A stretch of 64,000 nt of DNA, taken from Antedon mediterranea. Lineage: Eukaryota; Animalia; Echinodermata. The stretch is taken from assembly GCF_964355755.1 (NCBI RefSeq), contig NC_092677.1, positions 12,236,101-12,300,100 of the forward strand, in the 5' to 3' direction. The translations under genes were made by a program, and so were the position numbers. The notes below the pieces were generated by a model. It did no database searches. It was not told where the DNA came from and was given only the letters and a program-made list of their open reading frames with translations. Shown here one piece after another: positions 1 through 13,400 of this stretch. Position 1 is the first letter of the stretch; every line of letters begins with the position of its first letter.

Positions 1-1206
1 CAAAGAATAAGAAGACACAAAACACAGCATATATATTATGTAGGGGGTGACCGAAAATTGGAAAACATTTAAACAAGTACATGTAACATAATAAACACTT
101 ACTTAAAGTATTGCATAATCATTATATGGAATAAAACACATAAAATTAACATATTAAAGCTCTGTCTACACTATCAAAAAATGTGACAACCAAAATGTGA
201 TGTGCCCATATATGTACACGATGATGTCATATCCACACTACCATATTTGGGCACTCACACATTTTTGTTAAAACAGTTTGATAGCCTAGACTAGGCTGAA
301 AGTGTATTATAGATAAAATAGTGATCTTTGCATGGTAAATATTATAAGTTTAGAGAATGAATGAATTTGATACTGAAAGCACCCAATGTACTGTATGGCA
401 TTAATGTCCAATATCATATGCAAATTCTGTAGTACAGTGTCACATATGTATCACATGTGGCATATGATACAGACATCACATGATACATATGTGACACTGT
501 AATACACAATTTGTCTGATACTGGACACATTATAGATATATAGACATTTTTTTCATCATCCTCCTTGTAATTTGAAAATTAAGATAAATGTTCAATTGCA
601 ATTATGAGACAGTTTTGTATCTTATAGAGTAAAAACAAAGCTGATGTTAAGTACAGTATGACATGACCTTGTTGCTATGCAACTAAGATTTTCGTCAATT
701 CATAGCTAGCTTTGTATTGGTTTTGCAACTGTAACTGTAGTTAATAATTTCAATTATAATACTTCTGTATCGATATATCAGAGAACTGACACGCGAGTTT
801 TGTGCATGTTTTGTGTTACTATCAGTTAAATTTGTTATTTAACTAGGCAAGGCAAAGGTATCGAAATCAATATACATCTGGATATGGCTTCAGAATGCAT
901 TGACCATGTACGAAGGTATTAACTGCAATCTTGAGTCGTATGGCAACAAAGCATGTGATGCGGTACCATGACATCAGAGTATAATACTCTATGTATACAA
1001 TTGAAATCTCATATTCGAACAGTTCATTGATATTAGGCTCTTACTACACTATCAAACAAGTTTAACAAAAAACGTGTGATGTGCCCAAATATGGTAGTGA
1101 TATGCCCAAATATGGAAGCGATATGACATCATCATGTCCATATATGGGCACATCACATTTTGTTGTCACATAAAGTTTGATAGTCTAGACAGGGCTTTAT
1201 ACATAC

Positions 1207-1467
1207 CATCCTCAACGCTAGGACACAGTTCACTTGCAGTTCCAATATCACAGTACTCCCAAACCCCTGAATCTGTAGCTGTATAACACCATACTGTATA
1301 ATCTGATTCAGGGTTACGACAAAAGTTGTGGTCTCCCAGACCTGCATCTGGAGAATTTTCTGGAGTGAATAAATGTATACTGGATCCCCATCTGTGACAC
1401 ATTGAACCATACATCGTAGTGCTTCTTGAGCCTCGGTAATCCTCACCTTTTTCCATTTCGTAACATT
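1207..1467 (-). CDS. Kringle domain exon
   Basis: ECY...GEDYRG...C..W...HNFCRNP...WCYT...WEYCDI is the kringle signature. Confidence 0.93.
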
Positions 1468-4400
1468 CTGAAATTCAATTAATTTTGTTGTGATGAAGTA
1501 AAGAAGTTTTAGTTTCTAGCTAAATAATCAGTGTGGATCTCTCACTCAACCATGACTGTAAATTTCTGAGCTTATTTAAACCAAAGAACTTATAACACAA
1601 GAATCTCCTGTTCGTCCGAAGCGCGTAACAATTTCGAAAGGCATTGTGGGATAGAATAGAGCTATGGGTGGCGCCATTGTGAGCCATGGAGTAGGGCGCC
1701 CGCATCAAATTAGAAAGTCAAAATCATAGAGGGGATCTGCAAATACTCTAGGGGGGGGGGGGGGTAGAGTAATTGACTTCCTAGTTTGGAGGGGGCGCTT
1801 CTCCATGCTGTGAAATGGCGTCGCCCAGTTTGACCTTTTAACCCTGTACTTCCGATACTGTGTTTTGAATGCAAATTGAAGAACAGGAGATTCTTGTGTT
1901 ATAAGTTCTTTGATTTAAACTTAAATTCAATTAATTACCATTTTATCTTTATATTATTCTACACTAAAAAATGTTTTATCTTTTTCAATTTTTGGATTGG
2001 ATTTGGAGACAATTTACATAATAAAATATTATTTATCCTATTCTAAAATATTTCTAAACAATTCGTGTCACATATTATTCAGTATAATATAATAAAAATG
2101 TTACCACAATATGAAGAATTTGACTTTTCCAAGTTCATTGACTCTGCTGTAAAAATATAATATCAATAACACTATAATTTATATTAATTTTGAAAATTGT
2201 TTAATTTTAAAAACTGTCATTGTATTTGATTAAATTAATTACTTCGTTTCAGCACTTTATTTTTACCTATTTTTAAGTAAAAATTTGTATATAAAAAATC
2301 CTGAATATGCCACTTTTCAAAAAGCATAAGGTATTTATTTAACAGACTGTGATCTGAATATACTAAAGCCTTGTCTACACTATTAAACTTTGACAAAAAA
2401 AGTGATGTACCCATATATGGACATAATGATGTCATATCACTACTATATTTGGGAACATCACACTTTTTTTGTCAAGCTAGTTTGGTAGTGTAGACAGAGC
2501 TTTAGTCAGTTGTGTTAGCAATTCTATATTAAAAATAATGGGCTTGGAATATCTTCTTAAAAAACTTACCTTCCGTTTCACATCTATCCCCTTCAAACCC
2601 ACTACTACACAAACAGAAAAACTCGGCACCTCTTGGGCTACACACGCCAGAATTCTGACAGGGATCTGAGTCACATGGATTTACAGTCTCAGAAACTGAA
2701 TCTGAAACACAAATAATGCCCTTATAATATTTGTTTTCTAAAATATATTATATGTCAACAAGCTATTCTAATATATATGTGGTATATATATTAGTTTTTA
2801 GCAGTCAGAGCCTTGGGCTATGTTCAAACCCAAAGAATATTAACGTACAACGCTAATACAAAAGTCAAATTATAAATTGCAGAAAAAAAAATGTTGCTTT
2901 CAACCATGGAACGTACACTTATCGTTACAATGGAAGTGCGTCTTTCAGGACGTTTCTTGTTGCATATTCATCAGCTCTTACCCACTTTTCTTTCATTATT
3001 TCCACTGTACTCTCATATATAAACTTCCCAAACGCTGTAAATCCATATCATTATTATAATGGATACAGGATCTGTCATGTATTTATAAACATTGTCTGTC
3101 TGACACAAAGGTCAAGAGAATCCTTTAATAGAAGTCATACCATCACTTACGGTCTTTAACAACTTTAGGTTGCTCAGTTTTTTAAGCTTAACATTTCTAC
3201 TGCTCTCATATAGCCCTTAAATTTAGGGCGAAATGGAAACATACTTTTTTTACAGTATAGTACAAATTACTGTTTCTGTGGTTTTTATTCTGGTTCTTTG
3301 TTATAACAAAGTAAACAGCCCTCATGATGGGTGTCAGAAGGCATGATCCTATTTTACTGTATATATAGTGAGCAACATACAATAAACCATCTTTTGTACT
3401 ACACGTTGTGTGTGATAATAACGGTTACATATACCATAAATCCTCGGGAATCCCACTTCTGGTTTAATCCCAACCCCTACTTTATGTCTGATTTCACAAA
3501 CATGCATATCCCTAAGTAGTAGTAGTCCCAGTATTGACTTTTAATCTGTAGGCCTTTTTCTAGCCAGTTCTGATGAGTTTACAAGAAATGCTTACACCAA
3601 TAAATTTTTTTTGGAATCAGGCTTTTCCTGTAATCGGCTCAATTTCATGTTCTATGGGGGTGGAATTATACTAGAGGATATACGGTATTTACCTTCACAA
3701 CCATATATTTCCATCCTCAAAGTAATCGAGTCATGATATGTTAGTGGCTGAATACAAATGTATTGAGCATCCACTGGCGTAGGAAACATATTTTGGATGA
3801 CAGTGTCTGAATCAGAATTTCCGGTAAAAATCTGAAAACAATATTATAAAATTATAAATTAAAAATATTGTAATATACAGTACTATTTATTTCTATTCTG
3901 TTCTGCAGGTCTTTCATCAAGGCCACGACAACATAATTTCACAATGAATAACTTCATTTAAATACCGGTGCGAGTGAGTGTAAATAAAAGCACCATGCAA
4001 TATAGCTTCACACTGATGGGAAATACTTCCCGAAACATGTTACTAATGTTACAAAACTCTTTAATCGAGTTGTTTTGTTTATTAAAATAATAAATGTAAA
4101 AAACTTACTATAGCAGCACCATTATCATTAACTTGGTCAAAATTGGTTCCATCATTACTGTACTGAACATGGTAGGTTTCGATCCATGCAGGATAATAAC
4201 CATCCCAATCATAGCCTTGAGTAGCCACACCAGACACTGTCGTAGGAACTTCAAGATCAATTTGAATCCACTGGTTGTTGTCATTATGTTTTGCTGACCA
4301 GCAGCTATTCCTGTTCAATCTACCTTTATAACCATGATAATTACTAAATTTACTTGAAGCAGATATCTGGCCATCAGTAATTCTACGGTCTTCTACTCCA

Positions 4401-7400
4401 AGGGGATTTGTACACAAACCTGTATATAAAAGGACAACAAACATAACATATATTTAGACCATCAAAATGAAGACAGGAGCATTCATATAATAGTAATAGT
4501 GTTTCTTAAGCACATGGCTGTCAAAATGAAGACAGGGGCATTCATATAATAGTAATAGGGTTTCTTAAGCACATGGCTGTGTTATGGATTATGATTAGGA
4601 TTGGGATTCGTGTTGGGATTAGTGTTTGGACTAGTGTTGGGATTATGGTTGGGATTGAAATTATGATTAGGGTTGGGGCTAGTACTGTATTAGGATTAGC
4701 ATTAGGATTAGTGTTAAGTGTCTTTACATTAGCATGCTTTTGTCTTCTTTTGATGGTTCAAATATAGCTCAACATAGGAAAACATTAAATACGGATACCT
4801 AAAAACATAACTAATGTACAGAACATGGTTAATATATCCTGAAACTGCAGATATCAAATTGATCTTTGAAATGAATTTTTTGTTAATCTAATCTTAATAA
4901 TAAAGCCTAAAGCATTTGCATAATTTATTTATTCAGGTTTATATAGTAAAAACATGCAGCCTGAATGCTGAAATTTTTTATTTTTCCAAAAATATATATG
5001 GAACTACAAATGTTTAAAAATTTCAAAATTTAAAAAAACTATTATACTATATAAAATAAGGTCGATCAAATATTTTACAATTTTATAAAAAAATACAATT
5101 TGAAAAAGACAGTTAAAAGTTAAAGTTGAGTTAAAAATTTATTAATCTATATATAAATTTACGTAAGGGCAAACTTCGGTAAATCGCGCCTTACTTCTAG
5201 AATTTTTACTCGATGGTATATAAAGTTGGTTCGTACTTTCGGTACTGATTTTAACCACCTGATGTAACCCTGTTTACTAATTAAATTAAGTTAGATAATT
5301 AGTTATTGACGATTAAAACGAATTTAGGTTCAACGATTTGCCCCAAATAGGGGTGTTTTCCGATCGTGGTATACACTGTCTAATGGATGTCCATCTTGAA
5401 AAATACCCGCCACAAAAATTTGAGGAGGCTTCGCATTTTCCTATTTCCTCCTACGATAATTGTTTTTAATAGCTGAAAACTGGTTGAACAGCTAGAGTAC
5501 AGCATCATAATGTTAAAGACAGGCCGATTTTCTTTAAAAAATACTATTTTGATAGATTTAATATACGACTATACAAATGTATTGATTTGCGATGAATGGA
5601 ACATCCCAAACTCTCAGTCTGCCAGAGGTTTGTTTAACACAAGTAGGTAAATTTATGAGCTCTTGGTTTAACACATACGGTAGGTAAATATATGGGCCCT
5701 TTGAGAATAAACTTGCAATACTTTGACAATACTGTAAATACCTATTAACTATTTTTGGTCCTCATTTGAATCGAACAATTCTTACTGTGAATGTTCGTAC
5801 TGTTAGATGTAATATAAAAATATATACAAATAAACTTTATTACTGAGATTGTGGTTAGGCTTCACTGTTAGATATATAAAAACATTATTATATACAAATA
5901 AACTTTATACTGACAGTTCCCTCTCAACGTTTGTATTAATTATTAATTAATAATTATCAATAATATAAACGTTGTAGTGGTGTATCGTGACATGTACTTT
6001 AATATTTCAATCGATTATGACAGTGACAGTTTTAACAAAGTATTCGCAAATGTTTTACTGTATTTAGAGGTATATTATTTATAGGCCTATAAAACATGAA
6101 CAAAATATTTCGTTACTGAGTGGATAAAGAATATATTTAAAAATTATTCCTCTTTGTACCTATCCGCTTTCCCATCCTTCAAACCTAATGTTACATACAA
6201 AACGCAAATTGGGTTTCTTTAAATGAGTCCAAATCAAAAATTTGGACTCATTTTGTGATAAGTTTCTCCTTCGGAAGTAATTCCCAGGGTGCTAATTTTA
6301 GTTGACGACATAAATCATTGTGTCTATTTATTCGTTTCTGTAAACGACAATGTATTATATAATAGTACATTTGAAATCACCAGTTTTGTTACTCTGAAAT
6401 TACTGTGTATTCGAGAACCATCTGTGGGCACGACCTAGATGGTACGCGAGCGAAGCGAGCGTACCATCTAGTATATAAAATTGAGATACAAATGCATATA
6501 TTTAAAACCATCTTCAGCGTGTGATAAACAAATAAAGACAGAGCCTTTGCTGCCAAAAAATACCCATATTACAGTTTTGTATACTTACTTGTCGACTCGC
6601 ATATACCGCCTGTGAATCCAGCTACACAAGAGCAGGTAAAACCCCCATCTATAGGGTTACATACCCCTGAATTCTGACATGGGTAAGAAACACAATGATC
6701 CACTAAAAAAATAGATAGAAATGTAAATTTTTATATATTGATGATTTTAAGGCGTTAATGGACACAAGGTGGGAGACGGGAATGTTCTGGGTTGGATATC
6801 GTAGTAAATATATACTTTGTTCACATTATAGCTAGTTAGCCTCACCATTCTCCTGACAAACCAGTGGTGTTTGTACATAGGGAGCTGAGGAAAAAAGTAT
6901 ATTGTATGTATATATTAATTGGTATTGACATTATACTTGCTTTGTATAATTCTGTATACTGCCGGAAAACAGAAACGCAGATGCCCAAGGCCCCTGGTTT
7001 AGGAATCCTATTTTAGTGCCTGTTCCTCTGAGCACTGCTCAGAGGTCCTGAGCTCCAGGACGCTGGGTTTAGCCAGTGAGCTGTTACACCTGAAAACAGC
7101 ATGGCTGAGTTCCAGGATAGAGGCTAGGCAAACCTACAGTATATTCCCCTCTTAAGTGCCTAAACATGGTTTCCTGCTTGGTCTAAAAAAAATTGAAAGC
7201 CAAAATTACAACTGTCATCTTACCTGGTGTTGCACATCTTTGACCTTCAAATGCACTGGTACATTTGCAGAGAAAATCATCTTCTATCAACGTACACACA
7301 CCAGAATTGTAACATGGGTTAGGCATACACTTGGCTATTGCAAAAGAAAATATACAAATATAAATAATGCCATATTTTTATACAAGAGCATATAGATACA

Positions 7401-10400
7401 GTCAAAGGCAGTCAATCTACTGCGGAGTCTGGTCACAGACTAGTGATAAAATTCAGCGGAGCGACTTCATTATTCTGTGGAAAATATCTATATTATAAAG
7501 GTCTGTCTACACTATCAAATTTTATGTGACAAAAAATGAGATGTGGCCATATATGGACATGATGATGTCATATTACTACCATATTTGGGCATATCAATAC
7601 CATATTTGGGCAGTTGTTTTGTTAAGCTAGTTTGATAGTGTAGACAGAGCTTTAGTCAGTTGTGTTAGCAATTCTATATTAAAAATAATGGGCTTGGAAT
7701 TTGTACATTTGTTTGGTATATAAATTATTTCTACTGCACACAGCCTCCTGGGAAGGTTTGAAAATACATTTCAAAAATCATCCGCCATCTTGGATCCAGT
7801 ATGGCAACCAAGGTGTCTAAATTCCCAACTTTTTCCCTATTACTGTAGGCTGTGTTTCGTTCATTCGTTATACAAATTTGTGCTAATGCGCACATACAAT
7901 ACAAATATGGGGTATGAGAATGACCGGAAATGTTTTTAAGTAGCCCTGATGAAGTAATTGCTCTGGTGTGGGTATATATTTGCTAGTACTATATGAGGTA
8001 CCGTAGTCTTATGCTCTGTCTACACTATCAAACTTTATGTGCCCAAATATGGTAGTAATATGCTTAAATATGGTAGTGATATGACATCATCATGTTCATA
8101 TATGGGCACATCACATTTTTTTTGATAGTGTAGACATGAGAGCTATAGGATATTGTTCACTATTTGTTGGTCTTCAAATCATGCACATTTCTGAATGACA
8201 TAAGATGAACAATTTTAACAAGTTAAATTATTTCCTATGTAGTTTCAGTGTGAGAAACATAGTGCAATTTGACATATCAAGGTGTTGCTCTGGTGTGAGT
8301 GGGCCTGCAAAAGAAACAAAACCACAGTTGGATTGCAGAACAAACTGAAAATTACATACTTTTACAACCAAGAACTTCAAATCTTAAACAAATATGACTA
8401 TGCCAAGCGATGGGATGAATACGAATAAATTGAGTTTTGACAGAAGCAGGAAACATACTGGTCACATGAGTACGTTTATCTTCATTGCCAGGAAATATCT
8501 AAAAAAAATAAAATTACTTGAATAATTTAGAAATAAAAACGACATAAACAAGAATAAAAAATCTCAAGATTAACATAGAATATTAATTAAAAAACTTTCA
8601 AATTTTTTTTACTTCTTTTAAAAAATCAACTGACACAGATAAAAACCTCCATTCAAAAGTTGTACCTGTCAAAACTTAAACAACAAAATCTGATTTTGCA
8701 GTAAAGGCTTTTTCTGTGAGTGCCACATATAAAGCTGTCAACTATTCTAACCTCAGCTCTGAGTAAGGTGCGGCTGTTGCAATCCAATCCACACACATTC
8801 ATTTTCGTAGAAAATTATTTTATGGTGCCTAGAAAAATATCTTTCTTATACTCAAGCCATCCAGATGCATTCAACTCTCCGAATACCGGGAATACTGGCC
8901 AAATATGTCTGGTTTTCCCAAAAATCTAGTATTTGGAATATGTTTTTAATGGTAAAAAGGTTTTGGGAGATTCCTGGTTTTCAGAGAGTTCGGTATTGGG
9001 AGAGTCGCCTGTATTGAAGTTCATACTGTAATAAATTACCATTCCTTAACCTATGCAGTAACATAGTATCTATATGAACATTCTAGAATAAGGGTATGTT
9101 TAGAATTAAGAAATAATGTATAATTAATGAAAGAACAATCAGGAACATTCCACAAGTACACTATTAATAGAAACTGTAATCCAATAGAATAAGAAGTGTA
9201 AGGAATGATCTAGAAGGTTATGACGATAATGTATATAAGGAATGTAAAACTATTGTAGAGTTGTTGGAATTTGGATAGTAAAGTTTTTGTGAAGTTGTTT
9301 AAAGTGTATAGTGGATTGATGAAAGTTGAAGTTTGATTGAAATTAATGCTTTGTTTTGAGTTATTTCTACAACTTTGTGGATTTTTTGTGTATACTTTTA
9401 TGTTACAAGGGAGTTTCTAGAGTATTTTCAACCGCTCAGAAACATACGTAATAGGAGTTCGTGACCATACTTGAATGTATATTTTAATATTCATTACTTG
9501 AACTTACTATAACTTCACAAGTGTTGTCGATAATTGTGTTGAAGTTGATGCCATCAAGACTGTGAAGGACTTCATATGATGTCACCCACTGATTGAATTC
9601 ACTACGTCCTTGTAGAATCACCCCAGTTACTTCTACTATAGCTCCAAAGTCAACCTGTATCCATTGGTTTAAGTCATTTGTAAGTGAAGCCCAGGATCCA
9701 AATTGAGAGTTGGTAACTTCTGTGTTTAATCGACCTCGATCAGGCCCAGCCCGATGCATGTCATTATTATAAGCACTTGAAGCTGAGAGTTGATCTGTAA
9801 AAACTGTTCCATCTTCTAATCCAAGAGGTACTGAGGTGCATTTTTCATTTTCTAAAAAGTAAACAATTAACAAACAGTTATAATGTGTTTCTTTCAACAT
9901 TGGGCCTGGATGGGAGGCCATCTAGGAATAGCCGCGGGTGCTGTATATACCAGAGATTGATGGTGTAATGATAATATCAGACTAGCATCTGTACCATACT
10001 AATTTACTCTCATTGCCTCGTCCTTCGGATGGGATGTAAAGCTGTTGGTCCTGTGTACTTAATAGTGCACGTTAAAGAACTTGCACTTCTGGCTGCCGTG
10101 GGTCCGTGGAAGGCCTAATCCAAATTTCCTCAGTTTCCAGTTAAGCTTGAGGACCAAGAATATTACATGTAACATTTAACATTATTCAAAACTGGTGGTG
10201 GAACAGGTTTTTACTACTGTATTTTGCGAAATATTGTGAAAAAAAAAAGAAAAAGGATTTGAACCACAAACCAGCTTCTGGAGAAAGTGGTCCGTAGATT
10301 GTTTCAGATGGGCTGAACCTCTTTCCAGCACTGACTGCAAATACAGGTGAAAGATTTGGATCCACAGTTGTGATCCTTATGGTTGTGTCAGTAGTCTGTG

Positions 10401-13400
10401 CAACAACTGCATACGCTGCCGTTAACGGCAGGTGCATCATAACTCGATAATTTTCTACTGGACCGTAACCAGAAAAATCTGTTTCCTTCCAAGCTTTCCA
10501 ATTTAAATTCACTTCTGATCCAACCCACTCTGCAATAGGTGCTTCATTCATTTTCGGTAAATCTGTTTGATTAAATTAAATTATGAATTTACTTTACTGT
10601 TATATTAAAGAAGGTACTTTTAAAAAAGGCTTATTTTATGCCCATTTTGTTTTACTGCTGACGAAAAATAATTGGGGTTACTATCAATGTTGTTGCAAAG
10701 GTTTATATTTTGTAATAAACAATAGAGATTTTAAACCTAGACCTATCGTTTAAATTATGGTATTTTTAGATTTTTTTTTCTACAGGTTTTTGGTCAAAGT
10801 GAGTAACTATTTGTGACATTAAAATGACATATTCAACTAAAAATTGTTAAGAGGGACACATTACATCATTAAAAACATCACCAACTCTCTAAAAAGATCT
10901 CCACAATTAAGAGTTTTTATCTATAATTAACAATCACATTAATTGTTTATCAACATAATTAAATATAAACAATGATACATACTATAGTATTCACACATAA
11001 ATTGATTATCACCATTACAGTTTACAATACTCAAGTCATATTCAAAATCAACATCCATCACAACGCATTCAGTGGTACCGTGATGAAGGCTCATTGGCTG
11101 ACCAGATGCCCAAGGCAAATCAAAGTCTGGCTTCCTACCATCTTCCCATACTAGGTCTACACCATTCACAAAGTACAACCCAATGTATACACTCTCTTGA
11201 ATATCCAAGTATCTTGCAGCTTCCAAAATGGTATTAGATTCTGTTTTCGTCTCAAACATGACGAGGTGTGACCCATTACATTTATTTGCATCCCATGAAT
11301 GAATTTTATAACAAGCATACGGATCATCTGTCAGTGTGTCATATCCATTTTTACATTCTGTAAAGAGTGGAACTGAATTAAATTAAATCAATTAAAACAA
11401 AAGGCTATAGATATAGTACTGTAACTCTCGCAAATCCAGAAATTATTGGACTACAAATATAGTAGGAAACAGTGTATGCAATAATGTTTAATGGTTTGCA
11501 TTGCGAAAAAACACTAGTAAACTTCAATTTGCAGTATACCATGTGTTTAAAAAAAAAGTATTTTTGAGTATTTTTGTTTGTCATGTCATATTGTGGGCCA
11601 AGTACCCATTAAAAAATAGTAAACATATATGTGAATGCTAGGAACCATGAAAACATGAAAATACAATTGAACAGTCTGTTTACATTTGATACCAATCATG
11701 TGTCGATTATCTGATTCAATATTGTATTTGTGAAAAGTAATAATTATATTTATTATACCTGTCAAGGTAGGACCATCTTGCTCAAAATCTTCATAATCTA
11801 AACATAAAATGGGTAAAAATAAAAATGCTTTGATTTGAGAACTGTTTACATTTTTAAAATAAACTAATTAAGCTTACTCCTCCAGTTTGTTTGTTTGTTT
11901 TTATTGATTTTCCACACAAAATGAATATGATAATTAAGTAACAATAAACATATATATATACAAGAAAGATGTGTGGCTGGTGGGCAAATAAGTTCAAAGA
12001 ACTTTAAGGCTTACCCACCAGAAAGGATACATACATTATCAAGTATGACGAGTAAGATATACATAGTAAGAATATAAAATAAGAAGTAAAAATAACAAAT
12101 TTAAAAAGTAAATAAATAAGAAAAACAGTAGTATAAGTTATTAAAATGAATCATAAGTGCTTTAAACTTTAGCATTTCCACAAGTAATAATAAGTTACGT
12201 AGTTGCTGACACAAACAGTACTTACGTATTTCACAGACAACTCCTCCAGGAGATGCATTGCATGGCACTGTAAACCATTTTCCATTTTCTATAGCCAGTG
12301 CAAAACAACGGTCATCAGATGCAAAATCAGACCCAAAATCTAATTTAATAAAGAATAATTACTATTGTTCAGAATATAAGGTAAAAAATATATTTCGAGA
12401 TAAGTTTATAGCCAATGACCAGTATTTTGTTATTTGTTTGTTAACATCTTTATCCTCATATGAGGAAATTTGGATTATACGCCCTCTATGGCAGCCACAA
12501 CAGCGACAGCACAGTGACTACCATGAACGTCAGGGGATATATGGACAAGGGTAACCCATACTCTTTAAGAAAAAGATGCACTGATTTCTTTAAAATACAC
12601 ACAAGCCAGAAATATATACAAGACAGAGAAGACCACCAGCACAATGGTCGCGAAGAGAGTTGAACCAGGGCGATTTTATTACATTATTTTCAGTGCCATT
12701 GCCTTAAATGCTTGGCCACTCCTCTCTACTATATATAAACATGAATATATAAACTAAATATAAAAAAATAAAAGCAAACATATTTGAAAAACAAATCGAC
12801 CAATCAATGTTCTCCCTCTGAACGTACATCCAGTAGACTGGTGGCACATTTCACAAGCACAATTAAAACCTTAACGGATAAACAATAAAATATGTATAAT
12901 TACTACATACTTTCAAATTCACTCCATTCATTGGTTCCAACCCATTCAAAAACATTTTCAATGTTTTTATGATGGTATCCGATTGAAATGTGTTCCACAT
13001 GTATATCTAATTTGTGGAATGATTGAATTATAAACTCATTTTCTTCTATAGAGCTTATTATTGCCATGTTTCCCGAACAATACTGTTCTGATTCATTCCA
13101 TGTTCTTGGAGTTGGATCAAAGCGATAGTAGGATTCGTTATTGAAAACCCATCCAGGTGGATCCGAGCCAGTGAAATCTGGTAAATAACAAACGAAAATA
13201 AAAAGCTAGTGTATGTAACAGAGTGCCAAAACACATGCACAGAAAAAGACTGAATGATGAATATGTACAAAACAAAACTTACCGACACAACCAAGAACCT
13301 CAAACCGCATGCTAATGTGAACATTCCACCCTAATGGTTGAATGCGGATGAACTGTGCATATATAGGAACATCAAACAGATTGGTTACAAGACTACTTAT

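Noticed and set aside
2920-3100. Possible extra exon between FA58C-3 and the EGF exon
   Set aside because: All phase-1 acceptors tested lead to stop codons and no domain motif is present.
4573-4767. Hydrophobic ORF or telomere-like repeat
   Set aside because: It is a degenerate intronic hexamer array without a TTAGGG run, and the ORF is a by-product.
8228-8304. Strong-looking acceptor giving a possible alternative terminal exon after FA58C-2
   Set aside because: It needs a 55-nt intron, has no nearby poly(A) signal, and encodes a featureless peptide. It cannot be supported without RNA data.
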